From positions 186,001-250,000 of the forward strand of contig MU053881.1 of the NCBI GenBank assembly GCA_013239625.1: 64,000 bases of DNA, read 5' to 3'. Below are positions 1-13,552 of this stretch, piece by piece. The stretch is from Lama guanicoe (taxonomy: Eukaryota). Each line of letters begins with the position of its first letter. Within the stretch, counting starts at the first letter, position 1. The translations under genes and the position numbers were made by a program. The notes below the pieces were generated by a model. It saw nothing but the letters and a program-made list of their open reading frames with translations. It did no database searches and was not told the DNA's origin.

Positions 1-790
1 ATTTTTATATATAGTGATTAACATTTGCAAATCTGAAACTCAAATTTATCCCTTCCCACCCCCTTTCCCTGGTTAACCATAAGATTGTTTACTATGTCTG
101 CGAGTATGTTTTTGTTTTGTAGATGAATTCATTAGTGTCAGATTGTCTTTTCGATGTTGAGTTTCAGGAGTTCCTTATATTCTGGATACAGGTCTTTTGT
201 CAAATATGCAACTTGCAAATATTTTCTCCCAGTCTGTAATTTGTCTTTTCATACTCTTAATAGGGTCAATTGCTGAGCAAAAGCAATTTTAAATTTGATG
301 AGATCCAATTAATCAAGTTTTCCTTTTATGAGTCATACTATTGCTTAAGAATTCTTTGCCTAATCCCAGGTCTTGAAGATTTTCTCCTTTTTTTCCTAGA
401 AGTTTTACATTTTACTTTGAAGTCCATGGTCTATTTTGAGTTAAAATTTGTATAAAAATGGAGAATTAGTTCAAGGTTCTTTGTTTTTGCTATGGGTACC
501 TACTTGCTCCAGCACCATGTACTGAAAAGCTTCTCTCTCTCTCATTGAATTGTTCCCTTTGTTGTAAATTAATTGAGCATATTTGTGTTGCTCTATTTCT
601 TCATTTTCTAGTCCATTAATCTATGACTCTCCTGACAAGATCACTGTTTCGATTACTGTAGCTACTCGTAAAAACTTAGTATCTCAAAGAATGATTACTC
701 TCACTTTATTTTTCTTTTGGAAAACTGTTTTGGCTATTGCAGGGCCTTTCCCTTTCCGTCTAAAAGTTTGAATAAGCTTTTCTATACCTG
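1..790 (-). mobile_element. L1 fragments (younger L1 3'UTR piece at ~1-140, then older L1 ORF2 region)
   Basis: 1-140 resembles the L1 3'UTR copies at 42410-42540 and 19780-19900; the rest is a typical antisense L1 ORF2 T-rich sequence. Confidence 0.75.
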
Positions 791-1298
791 TGCTAACTGA
801 AAATTGGCGCTTGCCATCTGCCACTACAAGGACTGGGTCACATTGGCACTTGCCATCTAACTCTGCTTGTATTAAATCATGAGCCAGTGCAGCTGCTGAC
901 TTCCAACACATCCTGAAAGGAGTTCAGGATGGAGATCAGGAATGAGGCGCTCTGTCCTCTAGGAAAACTGGCTGAGCAAGCCTTCAGATAGGTATTTTCA
1001 GGAGAAGATTTTATGACTCCAATTCTTGAGTCTCCTCATATCCAGAAAAGCACTAAAATCGTTAACAGTGACATCTGCTCCTCGTGGGTAGCAGCAGTCT
1101 CGGCCTAAGTGTGTGCTTGACTGCACGTCCCCCTCCACTGAAATCGTGTGTCATACATGCTGAGTTTTCCCCATGCCTCTTTGGAGCAGTTTCTCAGAGC
1201 TTCCCGTGACGCTGTCTCCTGGGCCACAGTCCTCATTTTGCCCCCAAATAAAACTTAACCCACAACTCTCACGTTGTGTGATTTTATTTCAGGTGACA
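791..1298 (+). mobile_element. ERV1-type solo LTR inserted in L1
   Basis: TG...CA ends with inverted termini tgctaactgaaa / tttcaggtgaca, 4-bp TSD cctg/ccta, AATAAA at 1247-1252. L1 sequence resumes on both sides. Confidence 0.75.
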
Positions 1299-1830
1299 CC
1301 TATAAAACAAAGCTTGCTGAGATTTTGACAGGGATTGTGGTAAATCGGTAGATCAATTTGAGGAGAATTAGCATTTCTGCTGTGTTGAATCTTTCAAATC
1401 TCGAACAAGGTATGTCTCTTCAATTATTTAAGTCATCACTGATGGCTTTCATCAACATTTTACCACACTGATCTTGTGATTGTTTTGTTAGATTTATACC
1501 TAAGTATTACATTTCTTTGGAGCAGTTCTAAATTGTATTTTTTTAAATTTCAATTTCTACTTGCTTGTTGTCAGTATATAGAAATACTTCTGCATGGTAA
1601 TTTTGTATCCTGCCATCTTACTGAACTCACTTATTGCAGATGATTTTTATACATTTCTTGGAGTTTTCAACATAGACAATCTTGTTGTCTGCAAATAAAG
1701 ATAGTATTATTTCTTTCATTCCCGTCTGTATGCTTTGCTTTGCTTTGCTTTTTTTCTCCCTTGCCCCGTCACAGTGGTTAGAACTTCCAGTACGATGCTG
1801 AGCAACAGAGGTGAAAGCAGACACGCTGGA
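1299..1830 (-). mobile_element. Old L1 ORF2 fragment (continuation)
   Basis: gagattttgacagggattg...tagatcaatttg motif; minus-strand translation IILSLFADNKIVYVENSK is a degenerate L1 RT (LFADDMIVY) motif. Confidence 0.8.
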
Positions 1831-2230
1831 TCTGGGTGTCAAGTGCTCTCCTACAGCGCCCTTCCGTTTTGGTCATTATGTAAGGAACTGTCAGCCCCAC
1901 TTAGTCTTCTGTGTTACCAGGCAGTCACTAGTTCAGTCTGTGGGCTCTGTCTACTTTTGCAGACTTTCACTTCAATGACAGTTTAGTTTTCGGAGCCCTT
2001 GCCATGCTATTCTGGTCAGCTTTGTTCTTCCGGTGCCGCTGGGCTCCTGCTCAGTGTGGGCCAGTGCCGTTCTGTGGGGGCAGGAGGCACTCCCTGGGTT
2101 CGCCTGCTGTTTCTGGGTGCCCGTAGCAGAAGGTCCTGGGCCTCGGTCTCCCTAGGCCACCAGGTGGAGGGCAAGGAGGCATAGCCACTTTGTTGGTGGC
2201 GCCATCGCAGGGCCCACTAGTCCCCAGTTG

Positions 2231-2831
2231 TGATACAGTAAAAAGAAGGTGCGGTGAGAGAGTGGCCATGTCCCAGGTCTTGACTGAGTCCTTGGGACGT
2301 GCCCCGTCAAGTGTGGGTCCTTGGCTTTGCACAGGGAATAATTCCAGAGTGAGCCACGGTTGAGTAAAGGTATATTTATTCAGAGAGATAGCTACTCCAT
2401 AGGCAGAGTGCAGGCTGCTTTAGAAGTCAAGAGAAAAGCCACAAGGTGTGGGGGCTGGGGGCTCGGTTGAAAGTAGAAGGAGAGGCGCACCCCACAGAGC
2501 GTGGGCTGTCTCCCTCAGAAGGGGGAGCGGCCACGAGGCGGGGGGTGGGGGTTCGTTGTTAATGGGCTCAGTTACTTTATATGCTACAAGTGGGAGGATT
2601 ATTCCAGCTACTTTTGGGAGTCCCAGGAACTGGGCCATCATCCACCTTTGACCTTTCAAGGTCAGCCTTGACATTGTCCTGGCACCTGTGGGAGTACCAT
2701 TTAGCGTGTTCTTTCACTGAGTGTATACTGAAGCTCAGGGTCTGCCGGGAGTTGAATCTTCTACCATGTTGGTGCTAATTGCTGTGTCATTTCTTGAATG
2801 GCTGTGCCCTTCCCCCTTCCCTCCTGTGTCA
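2231..2831 (-). mobile_element. ERV1-type solo LTR
   Basis: Inverted termini tgatacag / ctgtgtca, 4-bp TSD gttg/cttg, antisense polyA signal (tttatt) near 2375. Confidence 0.7.
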
Positions 2832-3779
2832 CTTGCTGGGTGTGATCTAGGACCCCCGAGACTGCTGCCGCTGCATGTAGACAGCACCATCGCTCGTACC
2901 CTGGTTGTGGGGTGGGAACTGGGGTAGCCAGGGAATTTGCTGCTCCGCCGCTTCTGGTGGATCCCGGGGTCGAGGTTGTTGTGCAGGGTTTTAATCCAGT
3001 TTGAGGTTTTAATACAGGTTCTCAGCTTCCCCCACTCCTGGCTTATTGTTTTGATCATCTGAGAGTCGAAGTCAGTTACAATTCAAATATCTGCTTTCTG
3101 GCTTCCAAATTTTTATTGATGTTTTCCTCTTGGTTCTCCCCATTTTTTTGTTTTGTGGGTTTATTTACGTCTCTTTACCCTTTTATTGTAGTTTTCATGG
3201 TCATGAAATCAAAAGGGTATAGACTATACTCTATCCACACAGAATTCTTAGTTTTGATCTACGTATCCAAGGTCATGTCCTTTCCTGATATTGCTTATTT
3301 CTGTGTCTAGCCTTTTCCCCCTTCAAGATGTATTTGTCAGCATTTTGCCCATCTCACTGGCATTCAAAACAGTTACTGGGCTACTTTTATTTCTTATTTT
3401 TTAATTTTTATTAATTTCCTCCCCTTACTCTCTTGGTATTTTTTATTATTATTATTCATTTTCTTTCTAGAAGTGAATGCTTAGCTCATTTGTTTTTAAT
3501 TTTCTTTATTTTATAAAATTTCATAAGATTGGGTTTTTTTTCTGAGTTTTCCTTTGATGTATTCAGTAGCTTTTAATATATATCATCGATACCACTTTAT
3601 AAATTAATATTTCACCCTATGTTACTTCTTTAAGAAATAGTTACTTTTGAAATTTAAAAATTTTGGTGGATTTGGAATTCTGATAGGAAAGAGAAGGAAA
3701 GAGTGGGGCAGGAAGAAGCTCCCCTTTTGTAGTTAACTTATCAATGATTGTTTTTTTTTTTTAAGACACAGATCAATTT

Positions 3780-4250
3780 TCTTTTTTTTTTAAATTGAGA
3801 TATAACATTGTGTGTACTTAAGATGTACAATGTGATGATTTGATACAGTTATATATTGCAGTATGATTAGCAATGTAATGTTAGCTAACATCTCTATCAT
3901 GAGACACAATTATAATTTCATTTTTGTAGTGGAATCAGTTAAAATTTAGTCTCTTAGGAACTTTGAATTTTAAAATACAGTGTCATTGACTATATTCACT
4001 ATTCTATGCATTAAATGTCCAGAACTTATTTATCTGCTAGTTGCTAGTTTGCAACCTTGAAAACATCTACTTCCCCTTTCCCTACCTCCTGGTAACAACC
4101 ATTCTACTCTTTATTTTTAGGAGTTTGACTTTTTACATATAAGTGACATCATATAGTATTTGTCTATCTCTGACTGACTCATCTCAAATAGCATAATGTC
4201 CTGGGGGCCCATTCGCGTTATTTCAAATGGCAGGATTTCCTTCTTTCAAT
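3780..4250 (-). mobile_element. L1 3' end (L1MA-like)
   Basis: Poly-T followed by antisense L1 3'UTR motifs (tacaatgtgatgatttgata, ctcttaggaactttg, gcataatgtcc). Confidence 0.8.
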
Positions 4251-4439
4251 TATTGCTTCTTGGTAAATAATCTGTACAATTTCTACATTTTCAGAATTGA
4301 CTAAAGTACTCTTCATGGCTGAGTAAAACAATTTTGATAAATGTTCCATGAGTATCTGTAGGCAGTGATTGTTTCCGTGAGAGGTTCTCATGCTTTTTTA
4401 TAGGCAATAAGAGAAAGAATTTTCAGTGCAGCTTTTAAA

Positions 4440-4860
4440 AAATAACTAATATTTACTGAGAGTTTATTTTGTGCCATGCACTGTTGCAGGGCTTCTCAGC
4501 TTTGGCTCTGCTGAGTAATTCTTTGTGCATGGGGGCTGTCCTGTGCATTGCAGAGCTTAGCAGCATCCCTGGCCTCTACCTGCCAGATGCCAGTAACAGC
4601 TCCAGCCTCCTTCCCCACGTTGTGACAATCAAAAATGTCTCCAGACATTGCCAAATATTCCCTGAGTGCAAAATTGCTCTTGATCGAGACCTGCTGCTGA
4701 TTCACATTTATGAATTCGTTTAATCCTAATCACAAACCTAAGGGTAGCTTCTACGCTTACCCCCTTTTTACAGATTAGTATCTGTAAACAGAGTGTCTAT
4801 AAACAGAAGCTCAGAGAGGGTCCAAGTAACTTTCCAAAGTCACAGGGCTATTAAGCATTA
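4440..4860 (-). mobile_element. MIR split by MER20
   Basis: atttactgag...gtgcca on the left; tttaatcct...ttttacagat...gctcagagag...aagtcaca on the right. Confidence 0.65.
4487..4696. mobile_element. MER20-like hAT-Charlie MITE
   Basis: Diagnostic ggggctgtcctgtgcattgcag...agcagcatccctggcctctacc...gtgacaatcaaaaatgtctccagacattgccaaat. Confidence 0.85.
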
Positions 4861-5409
4861 TTTGTAATTGCAGAAAGCAAAGCAAAGCAAAACCAAATCA
4901 ACCTAAATGTTATTCAATAGATTGTGAAACATGCATACAAGGGAATTTCGAAAAAAATTAACTACTTGGTTTATTTACAATAAGTAAATCTCAAAAACCA
5001 CATGGAGAGAAAAAAGTTGCACCCATCTTTTACATGAAGATAAAATATGTAACAGTGTCTATACTCTCTCTGAGGATTCTAATTAAGCTTTTCTCAAATG
5101 CCAGGTGGCTCTCATTCTTCTGTTCATGTGCAGGGAAGAAACAACCAGGATATTGTGGGCAGGGCTTGCTGGCTGGCAGCTGTCTCCACAGGTCTGACTT
5201 TGTCCTGGGAGAAAGCAGGTGCCCTTGGCCTTGGCCAGTGTGGTACCGTTGGCCCCCGCCAGGCAGCTGGGAAAGGCTCCCGAACTCCCCCTGGACTGGT
5301 GGCCTTGAGGGTCCCAGGAGGAGCTGCTGTAAGGCCAGTTCTGCCACTCTCCGTCCTCTGTGGAAACCTTTTAACTGCCAACACTCCCTTTCCTTTTCCC
5401 CCCCTTTTC

Positions 5410-5992
5410 TTTCCCTGAGGTGTAATTAACAAGTAGCATTGTGTTAGTTTCAGGTGCACAATATGTTTCCATCTTTGTAGCTATTGCGAAATGACCACCG
5501 CAAGAAGTCTAGTTTAACATCCATCACAATACATGGTTACAAAAACATTTTTTTAATGAGAACTTTTAAGATCTACTCTCTTAGCAACTTCCAGTATGTT
5601 ATAAAGTATTATTAACTACGGTCACCTTGCTGTGCATTGCATCCACATTTATTTTATAACTGAAAGTTCATACCTTTGACTCCCTTCACCCACTTTGCAC
5701 ATCCCCATCTCCTGCCTCTGGCAACCGCCAGCCTGTTCCCTGTGTCTATGAAGTTGCTTTTTGGTTTTAGATTCCACAGACAAACGAGATCATATGGTAT
5801 TTGTCTTTCTCTGTTTGACATTTCACTTAGCGCAATGCCCTCAAGGTCCACCAATGTTGTTGCAAATGATGGGACTTCATTCTTTTTTATAGCTTAATAA
5901 CATACCATTGTTTACATACATATATATACACATTATATATATACTTACACATACTACATTTCTTTATCCATTCATCCATCAATGGACACTCC
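5410..5992 (-). mobile_element. L1 3' end
   Basis: Antisense L1 3'UTR and ORF2 tail (gagaacttttaagatctactctcttagcaac; tttatccattcatccatcaatggacac). Confidence 0.85.
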
Positions 5993-6212
5993 CTTTTCTT
6001 TGTGTCATGGGCTCAAAGGTCTGTATCTGTTTACTCTCATGTTAACAGGGTCTTGGGAAAACAGCAGACACCCCAGCTAATGCGCAGTGCTATGTCAGTT
6101 GCCATTTAAATGTCAGCTTTCCAGCTTCCAAAATTGTGTTGCTATTGCTCCCTCTTCTGTTGTCCCTCCCCGTGCTTGTAGATTTGTCTCTAAATACACA
6201 TACATAACTTAC

Positions 6213-6217
<5 letters not shown>

Positions 6218-6266
<49 letters not shown>
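6218..6266. repeat. (TG)n followed by (TA)n microsatellite
   Basis: Direct reading. Confidence 0.95.
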
Positions 6267-6679
6267 CAGTTTAAATATATATGTATACACACACCAGTTG
6301 TTAAAATCCTGAAATATTACCCTTCTGGTTGGTAAGTAGATGCTACCCTGAGCCCTTCAGTGCCCCTCAAAGCCCTTGTTCCTTCCGTGAGACCTCCAGA
6401 ACCCCCTCTTCCAATCCAGCAACTGATGAGGTAAGGCATGGCAGGAAGGGGTCTCCAGAGCCCCCTCCCCAACCAGCTCCAGGCCATGAGTGGTCACAGT
6501 CTTCCTGCCTTTTGCCTGTCCGGAGTGGCCCTCTTGTTTGGGAAGGTGGCCAGCTTCCCAGCAGGCTCCTGTGGCTGATCCTGAAGTCCTCGTCTCTGGT
6601 TTGAAGAGGCTCCCCTGAGTGACTCTGTCTGTCAGCCAGATTTGCAAGCCATTGGCATAAATGGCTGTGCTGGGGGTTC

Positions 6680-6830
6680 ACCCTGACCTCCCCACTTCCC
6701 AGATGTGTGATTTTGGAGATGTCACCTCCACTCTCTGAGTCTCGGTTTCCTCATCAGTGAAATGGGGATGAGGGTATCTCATGTAAAGAGTGTTTGGGAA
6801 AATTAGAAGAGACACTATGTGTAGTGAGCC
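6680..6830 (+). mobile_element. MIR
   Basis: ctctctgagtctcggtttcctcatcagtgaaatggggatga core. Confidence 0.7.
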
Positions 6831-8154
6831 TATCCCCTGTCCAAGAAGGGGACGCACTGGGAACTTCCCTCTAGGAATGCGTGTAACTCACCCTAAGACC
6901 GCCAGGTGGGGCCATTGCCACCAGGGAAGAAGAGCAGCTGGCTTCATACTTGGGTGGGCGTCTGCATCTCCTGAGTTGTTCTGTGTGTTGCTTTTGTCTT
7001 TCAAAACAGGACTCTTCCAGGAAGGCAGAATCCGAATCTCCTTTGGGGCCAGGGTATCTATTTTAACAGGAGATACTAGTTCACATGAAGAAAATCTGAG
7101 ACCCACTGACTGAGTGCATGGGGTAAGGGGCTCCAGCCCTTCCTCCCTCCCAGAAACTAGCACTCGGTGAATGTACACATACTTTATTGAGGGGTTGAGA
7201 TGGATTTTAAAATAACTTGAAAGCCTTTCAAACAGAAGCATCAGTTTACATAGTGGAAATTGTCAACCTGTATTTCCATAATCCTGTGTGTATTTTTATT
7301 TTGAGTAAACTGAAAGAAGTTGGGGTTTTTTCATTTTTTTCCTCCCGCAATTCAAAATGCATGGTCATTTAATATAGTGACTTTTTTGAAATCTGCTAGG
7401 ATTTAAAAAAATAAAATAAAAATCAGAAGCCTGTCTTTGCTTTAAATCTGTCCTGTAAAATTGTTATAAATCAAGTGAAAGGTGACAACGCCAGAAACAG
7501 ACCATTGACTTGAACGACTAGGTTAGGGAGGACCTAGGGCTGCTTCCTGGGCAGTAGGTGCTTGGCTTTCTTTTCTTTCTGCGTGATCAATTCTGTTGGT
7601 ATTTTCATGATCACATTTCTCAGCGCTAAGGGGATATAAATATTCAGGCTATTGGGAGGGGAATAAATTAAAGTTTTTGCTCTGAAAGAACAAGAAAGGG
7701 TCTCCTTTGCACTGGCCCAGGACCTTCAGGCCCACTGTCAGACGTGCCCCAGGGTTGCTGGGATGACCCCGTCAGAGTCCATTTTCCAGCTTTGATCTTG
7801 GCAGTCCCTCCAGGACTCGACTCTCTCAGCATCCTCCAGCCCCATGCACGGCATCAGTGGTGAGGAGCATCTTGGACCCTGCAGCCTGCCCTTGGTTATA
7901 ACCCCGTTGGCAACTGTGGCCAAGGCGACTGGATAAGTAATAGCCTCTCGTGGAACATTTGATTTCTCCTGGGAACACCCCTCAGCCATATGAACCAAAG
8001 GAAGACTGGTCAGGAGGTGACTGAAACAACTCAGGGTAGAGACGACGGGGCCCGAACACAGGTGTGGCAGCAGGAGGGGTGAGGGGGCAAATTCAGGAAG
8101 TATTCAGGATGTGGAGGGCGAGGTGAGGGAGAGGGACCACCAAAAGCCACATTC

Positions 8155-8525
8155 TTCTAACTGAGTTCCAAGGTTCAGCAGCAGCAGTGGCACTGGGGGC
8201 TTGTCAGAAACGTGGAATCCTGCAGGGAGGGTCTAGCTCAGGGGTAGAGTGCGTGCCTAGCACGCATGAGGTCCTGGGTTCAACCCCCAGTACCTCCATT
8301 AAAAATAAATCAATAATTTGACACAACATTGTCAAATGTCTATAACTCAATTTAAAACATGTAAAAAATAAACCAATAAAAACCTAGTGACCTCTCCCTT
8401 GCAAATAAAAAGTAACTAATTAATTTTAAAAAAGAAAGAAAGAAATGTGGAATCTTGGACCTTCCAGACCTCCTGATCAGAACCTGTATTTTAGCAAGGT
8501 GATTTATGTGTACCTGAGAGTCTGA
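8155..8525. mobile_element. MER5-like hAT MITE interrupted by a SINE
   Basis: cagcagcagtggcactgggggcttgtcagaaa ... ggaccttccagacctcctgatcagaacctgtattttagcaag. Confidence 0.55.
8225..8440 (+). mobile_element. tRNA-Ala-derived SINE (Vic-1-like)
   Basis: gggagggtctagctcaggggtagagtgcgtgcctagcacgcatgaggtcctgggttcaacccccagtacctcca followed by an A-rich tail; TSD agaaacgtggaatcctg (8206-8222) / agaaatgtggaatcttg (8441-8457). Confidence 0.85.
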
Positions 8526-9049
8526 TGGCCCTGATCTACAGTGCTGACTAGGTTTCTGGCTGTTTCTGACATCACCCTGACGGAGGAGACAGGAGGAGAG
8601 GCAGGAACTGGTGGTGGGCAGGGAATTGGGGGGTGGGACTATGAACGTTTCCTTTGGGCCTATGGGATTTGGGGGTGCCTGAGGACACCCAAGTATAGTG
8701 TCTGGGAGGATCCTGGGGGTAGGGCCGGATCTGGCAGGAGGCGCAGGGATGGGAGCTGGGAGCCGTCACTTAGCTGTGACAGCTAAGTCCCAAGTGCGGA
8801 TGAAATCCCTCTGGAAGGGTAGATAGCAGTGAAGGCGCCCAGGTGGCCCAGCGGCTACGCGGTGCGGTGGACTCGAACTGTTCCGACTCTGTGGTGAGGG
8901 CCAGGACTTGCCTACTGTTCAGGACTGCCGGGTTTGTGTCATGTGCCCTGGTCCCCTCCTCAGAGCTACCAGACCCTTGTGACAACTTGTTCACCTGCCA
9001 TCTGCCCCATTCCTTGACTTGCATCTCACACCTGTGGCCCCTCGCGGAA

Positions 9050-9745
9050 CCCCTGTCCTCCTCCCCGCCAGCCCTGCTGCCATCTGAGCTTCCCCTCAGA
9101 GGATGCAGGCAGTACCTGAGCTTTCCCCCTTCTCATCACCCAAGTACTGTTGCTTGGACTCCCACATCCATTTACTTCCTATTCCCACTGCCACTGCCCT
9201 GGTCCAAGAACATCATCTTGAACCAAATGACTGCCATGTCCTTAAAGTGGTATCCAAGGGTCCAGTCTTGGCCGCTCTAATCCTCCCCACCCACAGCAGC
9301 CAGAGGAAGTTTCCCAAAGGCAAGTCAGTTCCTACATACCTCCCAGCAGTCTACCAGCAGCTCCTGTGGCTCTAAGAACAAAGCCCAAACCTGCTACCAG
9401 GTCCTCAGCACGTGCAACCTGTCCCACTGCCCCCGGGCCTCGCCCGCCACAACGTGCACCAGCCTCCCGCCTTCCTTCAGCATCCAACCGGGGACGCCGG
9501 CAGGTTTCTGGAGCAGGTTCCTTCCCCGCCTCCCCACCTCACAGAGGCCTTGCCTCCGTCTTGGTCCTCAGCACACAGAGGGCCCCTTCATCGCAACGTC
9601 TGAGTTGCCTTGGTGGATTTGCTCCTTCCCCTGGTTGCTGCCTGTCTCCCCCGTGACTGTCAACTCCAAGAAGTGAGGATGCTGGCTACTCTTTTCTCCA
9701 TGAGTGCTCAGCACACACTGGTTTTTCTGCCAGTGCTGAATGAAA
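9050..9745 (+). mobile_element. L2 fragment (degenerate)
   Basis: cccactgccactgccctggtccaag...cacagcagccagagga...gactgtcaactccaaga...tgaatgaa L2 3' pattern. Confidence 0.55.
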
Positions 9746-12700
9746 GGCTGACATGTGCCAGGATGCAGAGAGATTCCAGGTTCCTATGGTAGGAGGGGTT
9801 AGGAAATGCTTCCTGGAAGACCTTCCTGGGATAAAGCTGGAAGGAGGGGCTCAGGATTTTGGTGAGCTGTGGTTATAAGTACAGACTATTTCAGGCCAGG
9901 TCAATTGTGAGATGAGACTGAAATGTCCTGATAAAGAGGGAAAAGACTGACCTACCTAAAGGGGGAGCATGAGAATGATTGGAGGGGCTGGAGATGTGGA
10001 CACAAAGGGCTTCCAACACCGGGTGACCTTGCAGGGCCCAGGAAGCCCCAGAGGGATCTCCTGAGTGGGATCCAGGTGATGCTCCTGGGTCACTCCTCAT
10101 GTCCTGTCTCTTCACCTGCCCTGTCCTTTGGACTAGTCCACAGCCTGGCTCTGCCCCTGCTGGTCTGTGTCCACCCCCGTCTGAGCTCACCTCGGCTTCT
10201 GTGCCCCAACTCCTGTCATTCTGCCTGACTCTCGGGCCTCCCCTTCTCCAGTCAGTCATTACAACTTCCCTGGAGGTTTGCCCTCTCCCAGCATGGGCCC
10301 ATCCATCCCCTCCTTCCCCAGCCCAGTGTCCACAGTTAGGCACCTTGGGCTGCTCCCAGCCTGCTCCCACCTGCCTGGTCCTTCAGGTGCTTTACTGCTT
10401 GAGTTCCAGTTTTCTCGTTTGTAAACTGGGGTGAGACTGTCTCCTCTCTGACAATGAGAAATGCTTCCCTCGCCTTCCCCACTTCAGATCTTCTGGGCCT
10501 GTGGGGAGGGGGCCTGCTGGTGCGGACCCAGGACCAGAAAGCGCTAGCCCTGAAATTTGACCAGAGACGTGCCTTTCTTCCTGCGCAACAGCTGGCTGGG
10601 GCAGCCTCCCCTCCCACCCTCTTTGCTTAGCCCCCTGGCCCCGGGCCCCGGGCTCTAGTTCTTCCTGGTGGCCCTCCCGGCCCGCTTCCAGTCTCTGCCA
10701 ACAGCAGAGTGTGCCAGCAGCTCGTGGGTGCCTGCCCAGGGCTTCCCAGCTGTGGCTGATGCAGGAAGCACGAGATGGGAGAGATAACCCACTCTGTCCT
10801 GGCCCTCCGGCTTCTGGAAAGCCCTGGGGAATTCCAAGATCATTGCTGGCCCCATATGAGCCACCTGGTCCCACCTCCCCAATACCATGATGGGCTCACC
10901 CAAAAGCACCCTCTGCTGCCTTCTGTTCTCTCAACCTCAGGCCTAGCTTCCTCCTCTGGGGAGCCTCCTGGATGACCCCAACCCCCAGGTCTCTCTCTTC
11001 CTCGAGAACTGAGCTCTGGTGATCTGTGCCACTTAAGACAGCACTTGGAATGGACATCATCGGGCCTTTCGCAGAGCTTCATTCATTGATTTGGTGCTTT
11101 GTGGGGTGCAGAATTTTCCCTTTGTGCCTGGCCACGTGCTCAGTGCTTGGGTCGAAGGTCTCCCTGCACACACACTGTAGATCTGATGTGCTCTGAGCCC
11201 TCCAGCCCTCCTGCTCTCAGGACGGATCAGGTACAACCACATTGAGGAAAGGATTTAGAAACTTTCCACCTTTGGTGGTATTTCCTGGGAGTGGATTAGG
11301 CTGGAAATTCAGAATGTAGACGCTTGAGTGGCATATTGATCAGCCAATGAAACCAAAGCAAACGCTGCTCCTCCCAGCCCTGCCAGGGAGCAAAAGGCAA
11401 CGCCAAGAGGCCTGGCGAGGCCTGTCTCCAACCACTGGGCTCTTAACGGGCATTGTCTTGGGAGCTTGTCCAGAAAGGAGCTGTCAGCCCCTGGATTCAG
11501 TCCCTTGGACCATTCTCGCCTCTTGCCTCAGCTCTGGGCTCCAGAGCGCCCTCTGCTGGCAGGTGGCCTTTGGTGGATTAGTGTGACTCTCCCTGAAAAT
11601 GAACAGGTGGTCATCTGATTTGCACGGACATCTAGGGCCCACACGTTGGTCCAAGGCATATTTGCCAAGTTCATTGCCACCTTATGGGAACTGCTTGGGA
11701 GACGCATTGGGTGGCTCACATCTGACGGTGACTTTAGTCTGCAAAGAATCCTCCTGCAGCTGTCCTCACCTGCTCAGGCAGGTGAACAGGAATTGCTACC
11801 CTCCTCACTCTGAGATCAGAGAGGTTGAGACTAAATCCTCCAGGCTGTTAAGTGGCAGACAGGTTTCCCTGTCCGGCTGCCCCTCACTGCCTCTTCCAGC
11901 TGGGGAGGGTGGGGAGGGTTCCATGACGGGCCTCAGCTGGCTCAGACTGTTCCCCACAAAGGGGCCTGTCGTGCTGGGCTGGGGCAGGTGCTGGCAAGAC
12001 AGTGAACAAAGTAGAGAGGGCCTGCAACCCAAGTGGCACCCTCATTCGGCCAGACATAGCCGTATCTGGGCAGCCTTGACAGTGGGGACATGAGGAGTGC
12101 CGAGGGGTGCCACAGAGGACACCGCAGATATGAGCGTCTTTTGGTGAAACATATTTTGGCTCCTTCTGCCCACCCAGCAGCCACTCTCTCCTAGTTGGCT
12201 GCCCTCAGAGGTCTCCCTTGCCCCACTTTCAGTAGATGGAGTTCCAGCGAAATTACCACTCCCAGCACCCCCACTCCAGGCACAGGGCTGAGGCCCAGAG
12301 GCTGACTCAGAGAATTCCACTCCCTGCCAAAGCTATTGCTTCTGAGGTAGGCAAGAGTTCAACCCAGGAGAAGGGAACGCTATTTAAGGCCTTTTGTAGG
12401 GACGACTTCCTGTACGTTTGTTAAGCTGGGCACATGGCAGTGTGAGGGGCTGGAGCCTCCCTGCCTGAGAGGGAAGCCAGCGCAGAGCCAGGAGAAGGCA
12501 GGAGAGGCCAGGGAGGCACACAGGCCTGGGGATGGGGCCAGCCCCCGCCCAGTGATGCCTGCAGTCTACCCTCAGGGTTTCAGTGAGCCCAAGCCACTCA
12601 TGTCCTTCATCTTGGACCCAGTCTGCACTGGGTTTCCACCACTGCCCCAAGTTGCCCAATGAGACTCAGAGCCAGGTGGGCTGAGGCCAGAGCTTGGAAG

Positions 12701-13552
12701 TCCTGCCAGGAGCATGGAGCACAGCTGTGGGAGGGAAGATTCCAGGTGAGGCTGTGTGGGCAGAAAGGTGGCTTCAGAAATGTGTGTACAAAAGGGGACT
12801 GAAAGCAGGCAGGGGAGTCAGGGGCCTAAGCCAAGACATGAAGGGAGTTGCTGATGGGACCAGAAGCCCTAAGGAGGGTCCTGGGGAGGCCCAGGGAGTC
12901 ATCACAGGGTCAGGGTACCAGGTTCTCCACTCCTAGTGATGCCGATGGGGGCGGTGGGGGGAGAGGTAGGGTGGCAATGGAGACCTGATGCTTTCCTGAA
13001 TAAACCAGCTTTCTTAGGGTCTGAAGGACTGTTTATTTAACAAATATGCAGGCTCACCCCATCCCTGGGAGGCAGTGGGTGCAGGAGCCCCAACAAACAT
13101 AACCTTGCCCTTCAAGGCTAGAATGGGGAGAGGGGCCAGGCCTGACCCTCACAGCTCTTTCCACTCCTGGGCAAACCTGCTGCTTAAAAGCAGTCTCCTG
13201 TGAAAACAACACGTTGACCATGTTAGAGCCCCGGGGCCACCCTAAAGGAGAGCCCCCTGTCCCTTCGTGTTGGCCGCTTAGCGAGCAGCAAGTGCTCCTC
13301 AAGCCCCGGTACGATGAGTGCCCTGCCCTGCAGGTGCCATTGTGGGCACTCGGTACACCAACGTGAATGGAAGAAAAAACCTCTGGCCTCGTGGAGGTAG
13401 CCTTCTAGCGGGTGGGTCTGTTTAGGACAGAGCCCCTCTGTCTCCTCTTTAGAGCAGCAGGGATAAAAACCCACCTCACTGCCAGGACCAGGTGGGACGG
13501 AGGACTGGGAGCAATGGCATTCATTTTTTAGAAACTTGTATTTGCCTTTATT

